64,000 bases of DNA from Lachnospiraceae bacterium (GTDB lineage Bacteria; Bacillota; Clostridia; Lachnospirales; Lachnospiraceae). The stretch spans positions 104,271 to 168,270 of the forward strand of contig JAZQQI010000006.1 of the NCBI GenBank assembly GCA_045628965.1. The letters are read 5' to 3'. This document shows positions 19,790-29,136 of the stretch, in pieces. A model generated the notes under the pieces. It made no database searches. It had not been told where the DNA came from and saw nothing but the letters and a program-made list of their open reading frames with translations. The first letter of the stretch is position 1. The number at the start of each line of letters is the position of its first letter. The position numbers were made by a program, and so were the translations under genes.

Positions 19790-21404
19790 CAGACTGCAGA
19801 CAAACCCCTTTTCAAAACGAGATGTTTTTGAAGAGGGGTTCATTTTTTGAGATTTTATGCGATTTTGATGACTATAAATCGCGAAAAGTCAAATAAGTGC
19901 GATATATGGGTGCCTATTAGCCCCATTCTTTTCTTAATTCTTGCCATTTTTTTAAGATTCATGCACGCAAATGTGAGCCCGACTTTCATTTCCATTCGGG
20001 CTTTTCCTATCATATTTGTGTATCTGAATCCATGTGCTTCTTTAGCAGTTCCAAACAACCTTTCAATTGTTTCTTTTCGCTTGGAATAAAGTTCCTTCAT
20101 TCCCTCTGTATAGCGAATATCTTCTGCCATTTCCATGTATTCTTCCCAGACATGTCTTGTGACTACTTTGACATGATTCTTTGATTCCGTACATTGATTA
20201 AGATAAGGACATTTCTCACAGATTTCCGCGCAGCTTTTATACTCTTTATAACCTTCCTTGTTAGTTGTTGTATATTTTAGGATTTCATCATTGGGGCATA
20301 TATAGCAATCATAGTATTCATCATAAACGTATTCATATTTTTTAAAGAACCCTTCTTTAGTCATTGGTCTTTTATACGGGAAGAGAGGTGTCTTACCATC
20401 ATCTATGATTGTTTTGGCTATCGCCGGTGTTTTATATCCTGCATCTGCAATGATTGTTTCACAATCAAGATTTCGTATCTTTTCATAGATGGCAGGAAAT
20501 GTTCTGCTGTCATGTTCATTACCTGGATGAACTGTATATCCTAAAATCCATCCGTATTTATCGCAGGCGGTTTCTACTGCGTATGCGAATACCTGTTTAT
20601 GTTCTCCTTTATGAAACCATCCGCTTTCGGGATCTGTTGTACTTACCTTTATTTCCTTTCCGCCTGATGCTCCGCCTTTGTTATTATCATCGTCATCGTC
20701 ATCATCTTTATCTTTAAGAGGTTTCTTGCCATGAAGTTCACGGTCTTCGTTTATCTCTTTTTTTAACAACTCTTCATAAAAAAGGGCTTCTTCTTTGGCG
20801 AATTGTTTCTCCATCTTTTTATTGTTTGCACATGCTTTCACATGAGTGGCATCAATAAATATCTCTTTGGGATCAACAAGATTTAACTTATAGCATTCCT
20901 CAAGAATACGTGCAAAAATCTGTTCAAACAGATCCGTATCTTTAAATCTTCTTGTATAGTTTTTTCCAAAGGTGGTGAAGTGGGGAACTCTGTCGGTAAG
21001 ACCAATACCGAGGAACCAGCGAAAAGCGACATTTACTTCGATTTCTTTCATTGTCTGTCGCATAGAGCGTATACCATAAAGGTATTGAATAAAAGGTATT
21101 TTAATAAGCGTTACCGGATCCATACTTGGACGGCCGTTATTCGGACAATACTTCTCTTCTACAAGATCGTATATGAAAGTCCAGTCAATCGCTTCATCTA
21201 TAAGACGAAGCAGATGATCTTGAGGAACCAATTCGTCTGTACAAAACATCTGAAGCTGACTTCTGTTCTTGTCAGTATTCTGAGTCATCATAAGCAATAC
21301 CCTCCATGACTCTATTATACCACAAAAGTGCCTATTTTACGCGGTTTTTAAGCAATTTCAAAAGAAAAATCCACGGAAAATCCGTGGACTTTGTCTTCAC
21401 TCTG
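19790..21404 (-). mobile_element. IS1182-family insertion sequence, apparently intact (1615 bp)
   Basis: Terminal IRs CAGACTGCAGACAAA / CAGAGTGAAGACAAA (13/15); flanked by a 25-bp direct repeat; single transposase ORF. Confidence 0.9.
19855..21291 (-). CDS. IS1182-family DDE transposase
   Basis: DELVPQDHLLRLID, GRPSMDP, FRWFLG, IFIDATH, ADAGY and RKETIERLFG motifs. Confidence 0.92.
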   Translation of the reverse strand: MMTQNTDKNRSQLQMFCTDELVPQDHLLRLIDEAIDWTFIYDLVEEKYCPNNGRPSMDPVTLIKIPFIQYLYGIRSMRQTMKEIEVNVAFRWFLGIGLTDRVPHFTTFGKNYTRRFKDTDLFEQIFARILEECYKLNLVDPKEIFIDATHVKACANNKKMEKQFAKEEALFYEELLKKEINEDRELHGKKPLKDKDDDDDDDNNKGGASGGKEIKVSTTDPESGWFHKGEHKQVFAYAVETACDKYGWILGYTVHPGNEHDSRTFPAIYEKIRNLDCETIIADAGYKTPAIAKTIIDDGKTPLFPYKRPMTKEGFFKKYEYVYDEYYDCYICPNDEILKYTTTNKEGYKEYKSCAEICEKCPYLNQCTESKNHVKVVTRHVWEEYMEMAEDIRYTEGMKELYSKRKETIERLFGTAKEAHGFRYTNMIGKARMEMKVGLTFACMNLKKMARIKKRMGLIGTHISHLFDFSRFIVIKIA

Positions 21405-21429
21405 AATCGTTCCGCCAAGCGGAACGATT
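21405..21429. repeat. Right 25-bp target-site duplication of the IS
   Basis: Identical to 19765-19789. Confidence 0.85.
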
Positions 21430-21445
21430 TTTTGATTTCAAACTA

Positions 21446-21811
21446 TTATTCAACAGGTTTGCTTTCGGGAGCTATTTCTTCAACATCTTCTGCGGGAAGA
21501 ATAATCTCTTCGGCAATGTTTTCGTCTGCCGGCTCATCTTTTTTGAGATTTTTCTTGAAAGAATCGAATTTGTCTTTTGCTTTGCCCCATGTGTCCTGAG
21601 CGGCTTCTTTAGTCTTAGAAACAGCTTCGTTAGTTTTTTCCTTGATGTTGTCGAGGTCAACGTATGAACGCTTTTTCTCGACATCGCCGTCTTCGTTGAT
21701 TATTTCTTCAGATTTAAATATCTTGTCTTTATTCTTAATTATGTAGTAAGTACCGAAAGCGGCGGCTGCTGTTGTTACGCCAAAAATAAAACCTTTTGTG
21801 GATTTCTTCAT
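21446..21811 (-). CDS. Small membrane-anchored hypothetical protein
   Basis: AGGAGG RBS; N-terminal hydrophobic helix followed by a charged tail. Confidence 0.7.
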   Translation of the reverse strand: MKKSTKGFIFGVTTAAAAFGTYYIIKNKDKIFKSEEIINEDGDVEKKRSYVDLDNIKEKTNEAVSKTKEAAQDTWGKAKDKFDSFKKNLKKDEPADENIAEEIILPAEDVEEIAPESKPVE

Positions 21812-21956
21812 TTGTGTATCCTCCTTTAAGTATTTACAGAAATTCATTTTACTATCAAAATCATAAAAAGTAAAGCGAAAAGCATTGAAGTTGAAATGTG
21901 ATTATGATAAGATTATTTCGACTTATTCAGTCAATTTTGTGATTCGGAGCGTGATT

Positions 21957-22559
21957 ATGAACGACAAGTTTTTTGATCTTAAGAAAGAAAAACAGGACAA
22001 AATGATTAACGGTGCCATGCAGGTTTTTGCATCAAGAGGATATAGGCTTGCCAGCACGGACGATATGGTTAAAGTTGCGGGAGTATCGAAGGGATTGTGG
22101 TTCCATTATTTCGTTAACAAGGCCGGACTTTATACATTTGTTGCCGACTACGGCGTTAAGTATCTTAATATGGAGCTTTCCGTCAACTTAATCGGCAAAA
22201 CTCAGGATTATTTTGAAATCCTTTATACAGTGGAAGAGACTAAGGCCTCTATTGCGAGAATGTATCCGTATATTCCGCTCATGATTCAGTCCATGGAAAA
22301 AGAGGATGACGAGGAAATAAAAGATATTGCCGAATCAAAACTCGCTCCCTTTGTCCAAAAGGTTAATGATGCGCTCGAATCTTTTTCAGATGAAAGACTG
22401 AAGGAAGGCGTTTCAAGAGCGATTCTTGACAAAACGGTTAAATATACAGTAAACGGAATAAGGGAAAAAGCTTACAGTAACGGAACTTTTGACTTAGATA
22501 AATATCTTTCGGAAATCAAAGAATATTTTGATATGATGAAAAAAATAACTTACAGATAG
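21957..22559 (+). CDS. TetR/AcrR-family transcriptional regulator
   Basis: FASRGYRLASTDDMVKVAGVSKGLWFHYFVNK HTH. Confidence 0.9.
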   Translation: MNDKFFDLKKEKQDKMINGAMQVFASRGYRLASTDDMVKVAGVSKGLWFHYFVNKAGLYTFVADYGVKYLNMELSVNLIGKTQDYFEILYTVEETKASIARMYPYIPLMIQSMEKEDDEEIKDIAESKLAPFVQKVNDALESFSDERLKEGVSRAILDKTVKYTVNGIREKAYSNGTFDLDKYLSEIKEYFDMMKKITYR

Positions 22560-22578
22560 CGGATGGTTGGTAAAAGGG

Positions 22579-23406
22579 ATGAAACAAATCGATAAAAAAA
22601 CGGCGGGACTTATATGCACTATTCTCGGCGGAATATTTTTTCTGTCGGGAATTGTTTTGTTTATTTTGAGCAATACGGTAAATCTGTATTCTCAAAAGGT
22701 TGTGGCCAATATTCTTTCAAAGTATGAAGTTCGAACGGATGAACCTTATGTCATGCTGGAACTTTGCTACAGAGTCGGGGATGAAATGATTACGACAATG
22801 GAATCGTTTAATGAAGAGATTCCCGATGAGATGGTGGATAAAGAAGTCTACTATGATATAAGAAATCCTCAAAAACTGGTTGACGGAGGGTGGCATTTTA
22901 TGCCTCTTTGGGAAGCCGTTTTCGGATTGCTTATTCTTCTTCCGGGACTCTATTACATGCAGATTCTCACATTCGGAATCGAGCCTCGCAAAAAACCCGG
23001 AAAGAACGCATCAAAATGGGATATCGAGTATTATGAAATTTCCGAAAAAATAGAGAATGACATTATTCCTTTTGCAGGAGCCGTTGCTCTTACGGCATTC
23101 GGAATAATAATTCTTTTAACGCAGGAAGGATGGTGGCAGTGGATAATAATTGCCATCGGCTCAATTGCCGCCATGTACATAGGAATTGATGCTTTTCCTT
23201 CAATCGGCAAATATTTCGCATTAAAGAAAATCAAAAAATTAAAGGCCAAATCAGTTACAGTGGATGATGATTTTGAGAAATTTGACAGAAAAATCAAAGA
23301 AAAAGATTTGGTGGATAAAATGAAAGAGGAAGGATTCGAGATTGAAGAAACTTTCGAAATCAAAAAATCTGAAATTCCGTCCAAAAAGAGAAAAAAGAGG
23401 AAATAA
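22579..23406 (+). CDS. Hypothetical multi-pass membrane protein
   Basis: About four hydrophobic segments and a basic C-terminal tail; no family recognised. Confidence 0.7.
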   Translation: MKQIDKKTAGLICTILGGIFFLSGIVLFILSNTVNLYSQKVVANILSKYEVRTDEPYVMLELCYRVGDEMITTMESFNEEIPDEMVDKEVYYDIRNPQKLVDGGWHFMPLWEAVFGLLILLPGLYYMQILTFGIEPRKKPGKNASKWDIEYYEISEKIENDIIPFAGAVALTAFGIIILLTQEGWWQWIIIAIGSIAAMYIGIDAFPSIGKYFALKKIKKLKAKSVTVDDDFEKFDRKIKEKDLVDKMKEEGFEIEETFEIKKSEIPSKKRKKRK

Positions 23407-23409
23407 ATC

Positions 23410-25419
23410 ATGTATTATTGTATGCGATGCGGTGACAAAATTGATAAGGACGAATTTGTCTGCGATAAGTGCGGATTGAAATTTACCGTGAACTGCGATG
23501 ACGGCTCGATGGTTTACGTCAATATGTCTCCCGATCCTGAGGCTCAAAAGAAAAAGAATGCCGAAGAAAACAAAAAGAAGAAAAAGAAAAAAAGAAAAAA
23601 AGGTTGGTTGATAGCTCTTTTATCGACTCTCGGAGTTTTTATGCTTCTGTTTACCGGCACGCTTGTCCTTACAGCGGGCGGAGTTATAGGAATATTGTTT
23701 TTCTGGCTCGGGTTCGAGGATGAAAGTATCGAGGTATACGACCCGACGGCAGATCCTTTGACGTCGCAGTCGACAATGGTTAAAGATCCGATAGTCTTCC
23801 AAAACGGCGGGCAGATGGTTCAGTCGCAGTTCTTTTCCGATGTCATAAGAGACCAGTTTGTAACGCTTAAAGGTGACGGAACGGATACTGTTACCGTTAT
23901 GGTTTATTTGAATGGGTCCGATCTTGAAACAGAGAACGGTTTTGCATCAAGTGACGTAAAAGAGATACTAAGCGCAACTTTATCAGATAACGTCAATGTC
24001 ATTATTCAGACCGGCGGTACGAAGAAGTGGAGAACAAGTGCAATCTCGAGTACGCATTCGCAAAGATTTCTTGTTCAAAACGGCAAACTTGTGCTTATAG
24101 ACGATACTTTGGGACAGCTTGATATTACCGATGAACAAACGCTTGAAGATTTTATTGTATATTGCAATACCAATTATCCGGCAGACAGAAATATGCTTGT
24201 TTTGTGGGATCATGGCGGCGGAGTTGTGTACGGCTTCGGAAATGATGAAAATAATCCCGATTATTCGGCAACTTTGACTATCGGAGAAATTCGTGAAGCC
24301 ATAAGAAATTCAGGCGTGAAGTTTGAAATGATCGGTTTTGATGCATGCCTTATGGGCGGACTTGAAACAGCCTGTGCACTCAGTGACGTTGCGGATTATC
24401 TTATTGCTTCAGAAGATTTTGAATCTGCGGAAGGATGGGAGTATCAGAACTGGCTTTCGCTTCTTGGATACAATTCATCGACTCCTATGACCGATATAGG
24501 CAAAATCATTATTGATGACTTTATTAAAGAAAGTATGATAGGATACAGCGAAGGATGTCTTGCTCTCGTCGATTTGAGGTACACGAGACTTCTCTTCAAT
24601 GCCTGGACGGAATTTGCATATGCGAACGAAAACGACATTCTGCAATACGACTATAATATGGCCATGCAAAGAAGCGCAAGAGCGTTGCCTTGGATGTTTG
24701 AGGATGAAAAGAAGGATATTTGGGATTGGTGGTTCTCCGATTCGGGCTCAGATGACGGTATTACGATGGAATCGTATTATCATGCCGTAGATTTGATGGC
24801 TATTGCAAGCCGAATTGATACGGAAGAAGCAGAAGCTCTTTGTTCGGCAATTCCCTGCGCAATACTTTATTGCTCGACGACGCAAGGGGATTCGTATATG
24901 ACCGGACTTTCCGTAACGTTGCCGTATTCCGACGAGGATTTTTACTTCAGATTAAAGGATGCGTTTTTGGAATGCGGATTTGATGAGGGCTATTTGAGCT
25001 ACCTTTATGATTTCGTTAATGCCGATCTGGTTGGATCGTATGATTGGAACGAGTCGGGCTATAACGGTTGGGATGATTATTCCTACGATGATTATGATTA
25101 TAACTGGGAAGATTATTCCTGGGATGATTATACAGACAGCGATTATTCGTGGGATACATACGAATATGACGATGAGTGGTATGATTACAATTGGGAATTC
25201 GGAGATTATTATTACGATTCCGAGACGGATGAGTGGTATTACTGCGATGAACGCGGCAATTGGATTTCCGAAGACGAATGGGATGATTACTATTGCGACG
25301 ATTACTATTACGACGATTACTATTACGACGATTATTATTACGATGATGATTACTACTACTATGATGACGAGTACTACTACGATGATGAGTATTACTGCGA
25401 AGACGGCTACTGTTATTGA
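23410..25419 (+). CDS. Clostripain-family (C11) cysteine peptidase with an N-terminal zinc ribbon, a TM anchor and an Asp/Tyr/Trp-rich tail
   Basis: CMRC...CDKC; TM segment; YLNGSDLE, WDHGGG (His), GFDACLM (Cys); C-terminal DDYYY repeats. Confidence 0.85.
   Translation: MYYCMRCGDKIDKDEFVCDKCGLKFTVNCDDGSMVYVNMSPDPEAQKKKNAEENKKKKKKKRKKGWLIALLSTLGVFMLLFTGTLVLTAGGVIGILFFWLGFEDESIEVYDPTADPLTSQSTMVKDPIVFQNGGQMVQSQFFSDVIRDQFVTLKGDGTDTVTVMVYLNGSDLETENGFASSDVKEILSATLSDNVNVIIQTGGTKKWRTSAISSTHSQRFLVQNGKLVLIDDTLGQLDITDEQTLEDFIVYCNTNYPADRNMLVLWDHGGGVVYGFGNDENNPDYSATLTIGEIREAIRNSGVKFEMIGFDACLMGGLETACALSDVADYLIASEDFESAEGWEYQNWLSLLGYNSSTPMTDIGKIIIDDFIKESMIGYSEGCLALVDLRYTRLLFNAWTEFAYANENDILQYDYNMAMQRSARALPWMFEDEKKDIWDWWFSDSGSDDGITMESYYHAVDLMAIASRIDTEEAEALCSAIPCAILYCSTTQGDSYMTGLSVTLPYSDEDFYFRLKDAFLECGFDEGYLSYLYDFVNADLVGSYDWNESGYNGWDDYSYDDYDYNWEDYSWDDYTDSDYSWDTYEYDDEWYDYNWEFGDYYYDSETDEWYYCDERGNWISEDEWDDYYCDDYYYDDYYYDDYYYDDDYYYYDDEYYYDDEYYCEDGYCY
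25282..25400 (+). repeat. Coding tandem repeat (~15-bp GACGATTACTATTAC units; DDYYY)
   Basis: Four near-identical 15-bp units from 25282, then degenerate GAY/TAY triplets. Confidence 0.85.
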
Positions 25420-25443
25420 CGGAAGACTTAATTGAAAAAATGC

Positions 25444-25478
25444 AAAAAAAATGTCCGGCTAAAGTCGGACATTTTTTT
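25444..25478. terminator. Bidirectional terminator
   Basis: AAAAAAATGTCCGGC-TAAA-GTCGGACATTTTTTT between convergent genes. Confidence 0.8.
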
Positions 25479-25482
25479 ATAC

Positions 25483-26181
25483 TTATAAACAACTGTTAAT
25501 TATTTCTTTCCATTCGGATTTGGATCTTGACCCCATTACGGTGCCTATTATGGCGCCTTGGTTGTCTATGATAAAAGTAAATGGGAATACTTCTACACCG
25601 TATAGATTCCAGTTCCCCAGTGAGTCGTTCATCAAAAGATGAGTATAATTTGCACCGGTCTCGTCTATCAGATATTCGGCGTAGGAGGAGTCTTCTCCGT
25701 AATAAACATCTGACACAACACCGATTATTTGAACGTCCGCGGAATTATATTCCGATGCGAGTTCGCCAAGGTCCGGCATTTCATCGATGCAATATCCGCA
25801 AAATGTTCCCCATACGTTAAATACCGTTATTTGGGATTCAGTGAATACTTCCTGTGTTATCGTGTTACCGTAAATATCCGTTGCTTCGAAAGTACCTTCC
25901 GCATCTCCGAGGTTTGGAGGAGATGCGACTTCCAGCTCCGAAACTTGAGGAGAATCGGAAGTATTATTGTCTTCATCGTAATCCCCGGTGTAAATGTTTT
26001 CTGAATCGATATTTTCAATATCCTGAGAAGTATTTTCGGATGTAGTTGATATAAGTTGCGCATGTGGCTCAGGAGGGACTATAACCGAAGATGTCTGCGG
26101 TTCTTCAGATAAAAGAGAGCAGCCTTCAAGCATAATCACCGAGAAAAGAGCAATACTGCGCTTAATGTTTTTTGTATTCAT
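25483..26181 (-). CDS. TlpA/ResA-like thioredoxin-fold lipoprotein
   Basis: Lipobox LEGC; VFNVWGTFCGYCIDEMPDL (CxxC); FPFTFIID. Confidence 0.88.
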   Translation of the reverse strand: MNTKNIKRSIALFSVIMLEGCSLLSEEPQTSSVIVPPEPHAQLISTTSENTSQDIENIDSENIYTGDYDEDNNTSDSPQVSELEVASPPNLGDAEGTFEATDIYGNTITQEVFTESQITVFNVWGTFCGYCIDEMPDLGELASEYNSADVQIIGVVSDVYYGEDSSYAEYLIDETGANYTHLLMNDSLGNWNLYGVEVFPFTFIIDNQGAIIGTVMGSRSKSEWKEIINSCL

Positions 26182-26196
26182 GATATTTTATCCTCT

Positions 26197-27420
26197 TTAT
26201 TCTTTGAAAAGATTTTCAAACCATATAAGAGCGTCTTTATATGCTTCGTAAACTTTTGAGGTATCTATGTCTTCAACAATTTCCAAACGGTTCAATTCAG
26301 CAAAATCGGCAGCTTCGTAACTGCGTATGAAATTGAGGACTCTGTAGTAATCTCCGGTATTCTCCAAAAGGGCATCGGAAATTGGTTTGGAAACGTTCAC
26401 CAGCTGCAATGCCTCTGACATGGGCTTTGAAAGAATTATATCCAAAACGGAGAAAAGTCCCATAAGGAACAATTCCTGCGATTGAACAGAAAGGTCGAAC
26501 GATTCGGCAAGATTTTCGGCAAATTTTGCTCGAATAAGAGAAAGTCTGGTGATTTCGTTCGGTCTGTCAAAGCAAAGCTCCTTGGTTACCGCCGTCGTTA
26601 TCCATTTTTTCAATTCTTTCTGACCGAGCATTGCTGCGGCGTGACGAATTGATGTGATCTTTGAGTTGCGGCTCATGTTGTTAACCATTTTCAAAAGGGA
26701 TATTACAAGAGCTGTATCTCTTGAAATAATATCTGCGGCACCGGTCAAATCAAAATCGGGATCGTTTACCGTGTTAATCAAATCGATATAGTTGATTTTT
26801 AACGGAGCAACTTCTGTATCGCCTCTCGTAATCGGCACTCTGTAGAAAGGTCCTTCGTAAAAATGGTAACCGCCTTCGCTTTTTAATGCTTCGTAATCGT
26901 CAGTTGACTGAATATTTTCGGCGATAAGCTTGATTGACGGATATACTTTCGAAAAATAAATACGGGCTTTCTTAATGTCGATTTTTGTATAATCAAGGTA
27001 TATATAATCCATCTGATTAAGAATCGGACGATAAATTTCGAAATCCTTTACGCGAAGATTCTTGATGGCAAATTTATATCCGAGATTCTTAAGTTCGGTG
27101 ATTCTTTTTGAATACATTTCGTTCGGGAGAACGGAATTGTCGATAAGCAAAACAAGTTTTGAATGCGGAGCGAAACAGTTTTTTTCAATCTCTGTAAAGA
27201 TAGAAATGTTGTTGATTTGAACAAAGATTTCTTTGTCACCCGACAAAGTGGACATACCCACGTTCTCTATGATATCAAGACCGTCGATTCTTCCCACCGA
27301 ATCGTTAATCCCCGTCGAAAGAAGAAGCGGATTCAAATATTTATTCTCTTTTTGCGAAAATAACGAATACGAACTTACGGCCATTTCCGCATCGAATAAC
27401 GGCAATAAAACTGCAAACAT
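26197..27420 (-). CDS. EAL-like/HDOD-domain signalling protein (YuxH/PdeH-like; EAL appears degenerate)
   Basis: HDOD motifs IISRDTALVISLLKMVN, IRHAAAMLG and FLMGLFSVLD; the N-terminal EAL-like fold has YSLF in place of the ExL motif. Confidence 0.8.
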   Translation of the reverse strand: MFAVLLPLFDAEMAVSSYSLFSQKENKYLNPLLLSTGINDSVGRIDGLDIIENVGMSTLSGDKEIFVQINNISIFTEIEKNCFAPHSKLVLLIDNSVLPNEMYSKRITELKNLGYKFAIKNLRVKDFEIYRPILNQMDYIYLDYTKIDIKKARIYFSKVYPSIKLIAENIQSTDDYEALKSEGGYHFYEGPFYRVPITRGDTEVAPLKINYIDLINTVNDPDFDLTGAADIISRDTALVISLLKMVNNMSRNSKITSIRHAAAMLGQKELKKWITTAVTKELCFDRPNEITRLSLIRAKFAENLAESFDLSVQSQELFLMGLFSVLDIILSKPMSEALQLVNVSKPISDALLENTGDYYRVLNFIRSYEAADFAELNRLEIVEDIDTSKVYEAYKDALIWFENLFKE

Positions 27421-27631
27421 TCCGAAAACCTCCCAATTACATATATATAGTTAATTTTACACGATTTTTAATGATAAAACAACAACAATTTGTAAGTCGC
27501 AAATTAAAAAAATCATCTTTTTTGTAAACATGAACATATTGTGGGATAAGGTAAAATGTGCTAAAATTATTCTGTTCGCGGGTTTGCTTCGAAGGTGAAA
27601 CTGCGACACATTTTTCATATCGGAGAAAAGA

Positions 27632-28780
27632 ATGAATAACTCGGAAATACTTGAATTGAAAAAAAGACTGAAATTCGCAGACGATGCTTCTGTCAAACTT
27701 GCTGCGGCTTATATAATCGGTTCGGAAAAAAGAGTTCAAAGCAGGATGAATTGCTATCTTACCCAACTTGAAGAGGGCGACCGTCACAAATATCTCGAGA
27801 TATTAAAGAAAGGGTTAAGCGGAGTTTTGAACAGAAACCTTTTGAATCTGTCTTTCAAAAGAGATCCCGACGGAGATACGAAACAGAAATTTTTGTTGGA
27901 ACTGAGAGATTCTGCTCTCGGAAATGAAGAACTTCTCGACAAATTGTACGAATCGATAATCAGCGATTATTCAACGGTGGGCAATTTCCTGATTGTAACG
28001 ATGTATGATGCATATGATGTTATGAAGAAAGGAACGGATGGCGCAAGTCAAGGCGAGTCGGAAGAGGTATTCAGGTATTTTTATACTTGCGTGTGTCCCG
28101 TAAATCTTTCGAAAGCTGCGCTTTCATATCATGAAGACGAGAATGTGATAGCCGGCAGGGTGAGAGACTGGGTTGTGGAAATGCCGGATGTGGGATTTTT
28201 GTATCCTGCCTTTAACGACAGGAGTGCGGATGTAAACAATCTTTTGTATTATTGCAAGGATCCGATTCTTGTTCATCCGGAAATTATAGAAAATACACTC
28301 GGTTGCGAAGAAGAACTGACAAGCGCCGCAGAGACTGAGATTTTTCACAGAGTACTTGAAAATGTCATTAACGAGGTTCCCGAATACGATACATTTGAAG
28401 TGGTAAGGTCCGTTCAGGACAACTTAAACGATATGGTGGAAGGCAGAGTGTTCTTCGATTCGCCGACATTGGATAAAGAGGGAGTCAAGACGCTTCTTAA
28501 ACATTCGGGTATCAAAGAAGAGCATTTGCCCGTAGTTGAAGAGGAATTTGAGAAGGAAGTCGGCGAAAACGGTTTTCTTCATGCTGACAGAATAAAAGAA
28601 AAAGGCAGAATAGAGGTCAAAGGAGAAAATGTCAAGATTTCCGTGAAACCGGAGGCTTCGGAGATAGTGGAAATCAGAATCATAGACGGAAGAAAATGTC
28701 TCGTCATACCGATGGATTCGGATGTTGAGGTAAATGGTATTATTAAGAAAATTGCAGCCAAATTGGAGGAAGAGGGGTAG
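27632..28780 (+). CDS. DUF4317-family protein
   Basis: YDVMKKGTDG...SEEVF, CPVNLSKAALSY and GFLYPAFNDRSADVN. Confidence 0.8.
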   Translation: MNNSEILELKKRLKFADDASVKLAAAYIIGSEKRVQSRMNCYLTQLEEGDRHKYLEILKKGLSGVLNRNLLNLSFKRDPDGDTKQKFLLELRDSALGNEELLDKLYESIISDYSTVGNFLIVTMYDAYDVMKKGTDGASQGESEEVFRYFYTCVCPVNLSKAALSYHEDENVIAGRVRDWVVEMPDVGFLYPAFNDRSADVNNLLYYCKDPILVHPEIIENTLGCEEELTSAAETEIFHRVLENVINEVPEYDTFEVVRSVQDNLNDMVEGRVFFDSPTLDKEGVKTLLKHSGIKEEHLPVVEEEFEKEVGENGFLHADRIKEKGRIEVKGENVKISVKPEASEIVEIRIIDGRKCLVIPMDSDVEVNGIIKKIAAKLEEEG

Positions 28781-28784
28781 AAAA

Positions 28785-28910
28785 ATGTCAATGATGGTAA
28801 TTATATTGTTCGGAATAATAGGTATTCCTGTAATTGCGGCAATTATCGCGGCTATAGCGACTGTTGTTTCGGCAGCTGCATTTGTGGCTTCGAGAGAAGG
28901 CGAAGAATAA
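28785..28910 (+). CDS. 41-aa single-helix membrane peptide (below the ORF-track cutoff)
   Basis: MSMMVIILFGIIGIPVIAAIIAAIATVVSAAAFVASREGEE; purine-rich RBS; followed by a terminator. Confidence 0.55.
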   Translation: MSMMVIILFGIIGIPVIAAIIAAIATVVSAAAFVASREGEE

Positions 28911-28925
28911 TCGAATTCGATGCGG

Positions 28926-28968
28926 GGACAATCCCGACGGGTTTCGTGCTGTCGGGAAGTCTTTTTTA
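28926..28968 (+). terminator. Intrinsic terminator
   Basis: CCCGACGG...CTGTCGGG stem plus T-run. Confidence 0.65.
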
Positions 28969-29136
28969 TATGTTTGTCGGTATGACCGTTACGGTCAGTC
29001 GGCAATCGGCAACGAACCGAAAAAGTCACTTGTTTCAATAATTAAAAAATATTTGAAATTTCGAAGTTTTTCGCCTTGACATTTACGGGGGATTATAAGT
29101 ATAATCTTTCGAGATATAGGATTAAGAGGTGACAAT

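Noticed and set aside
25007-25492. Overlapping ORFs 25007-25435 (+) and 25016-25492 (-) with odd T/I/M or N/R/H composition
   Set aside because: These are alternative-frame readings of the GAY/TAY low-complexity tail of the protease gene.
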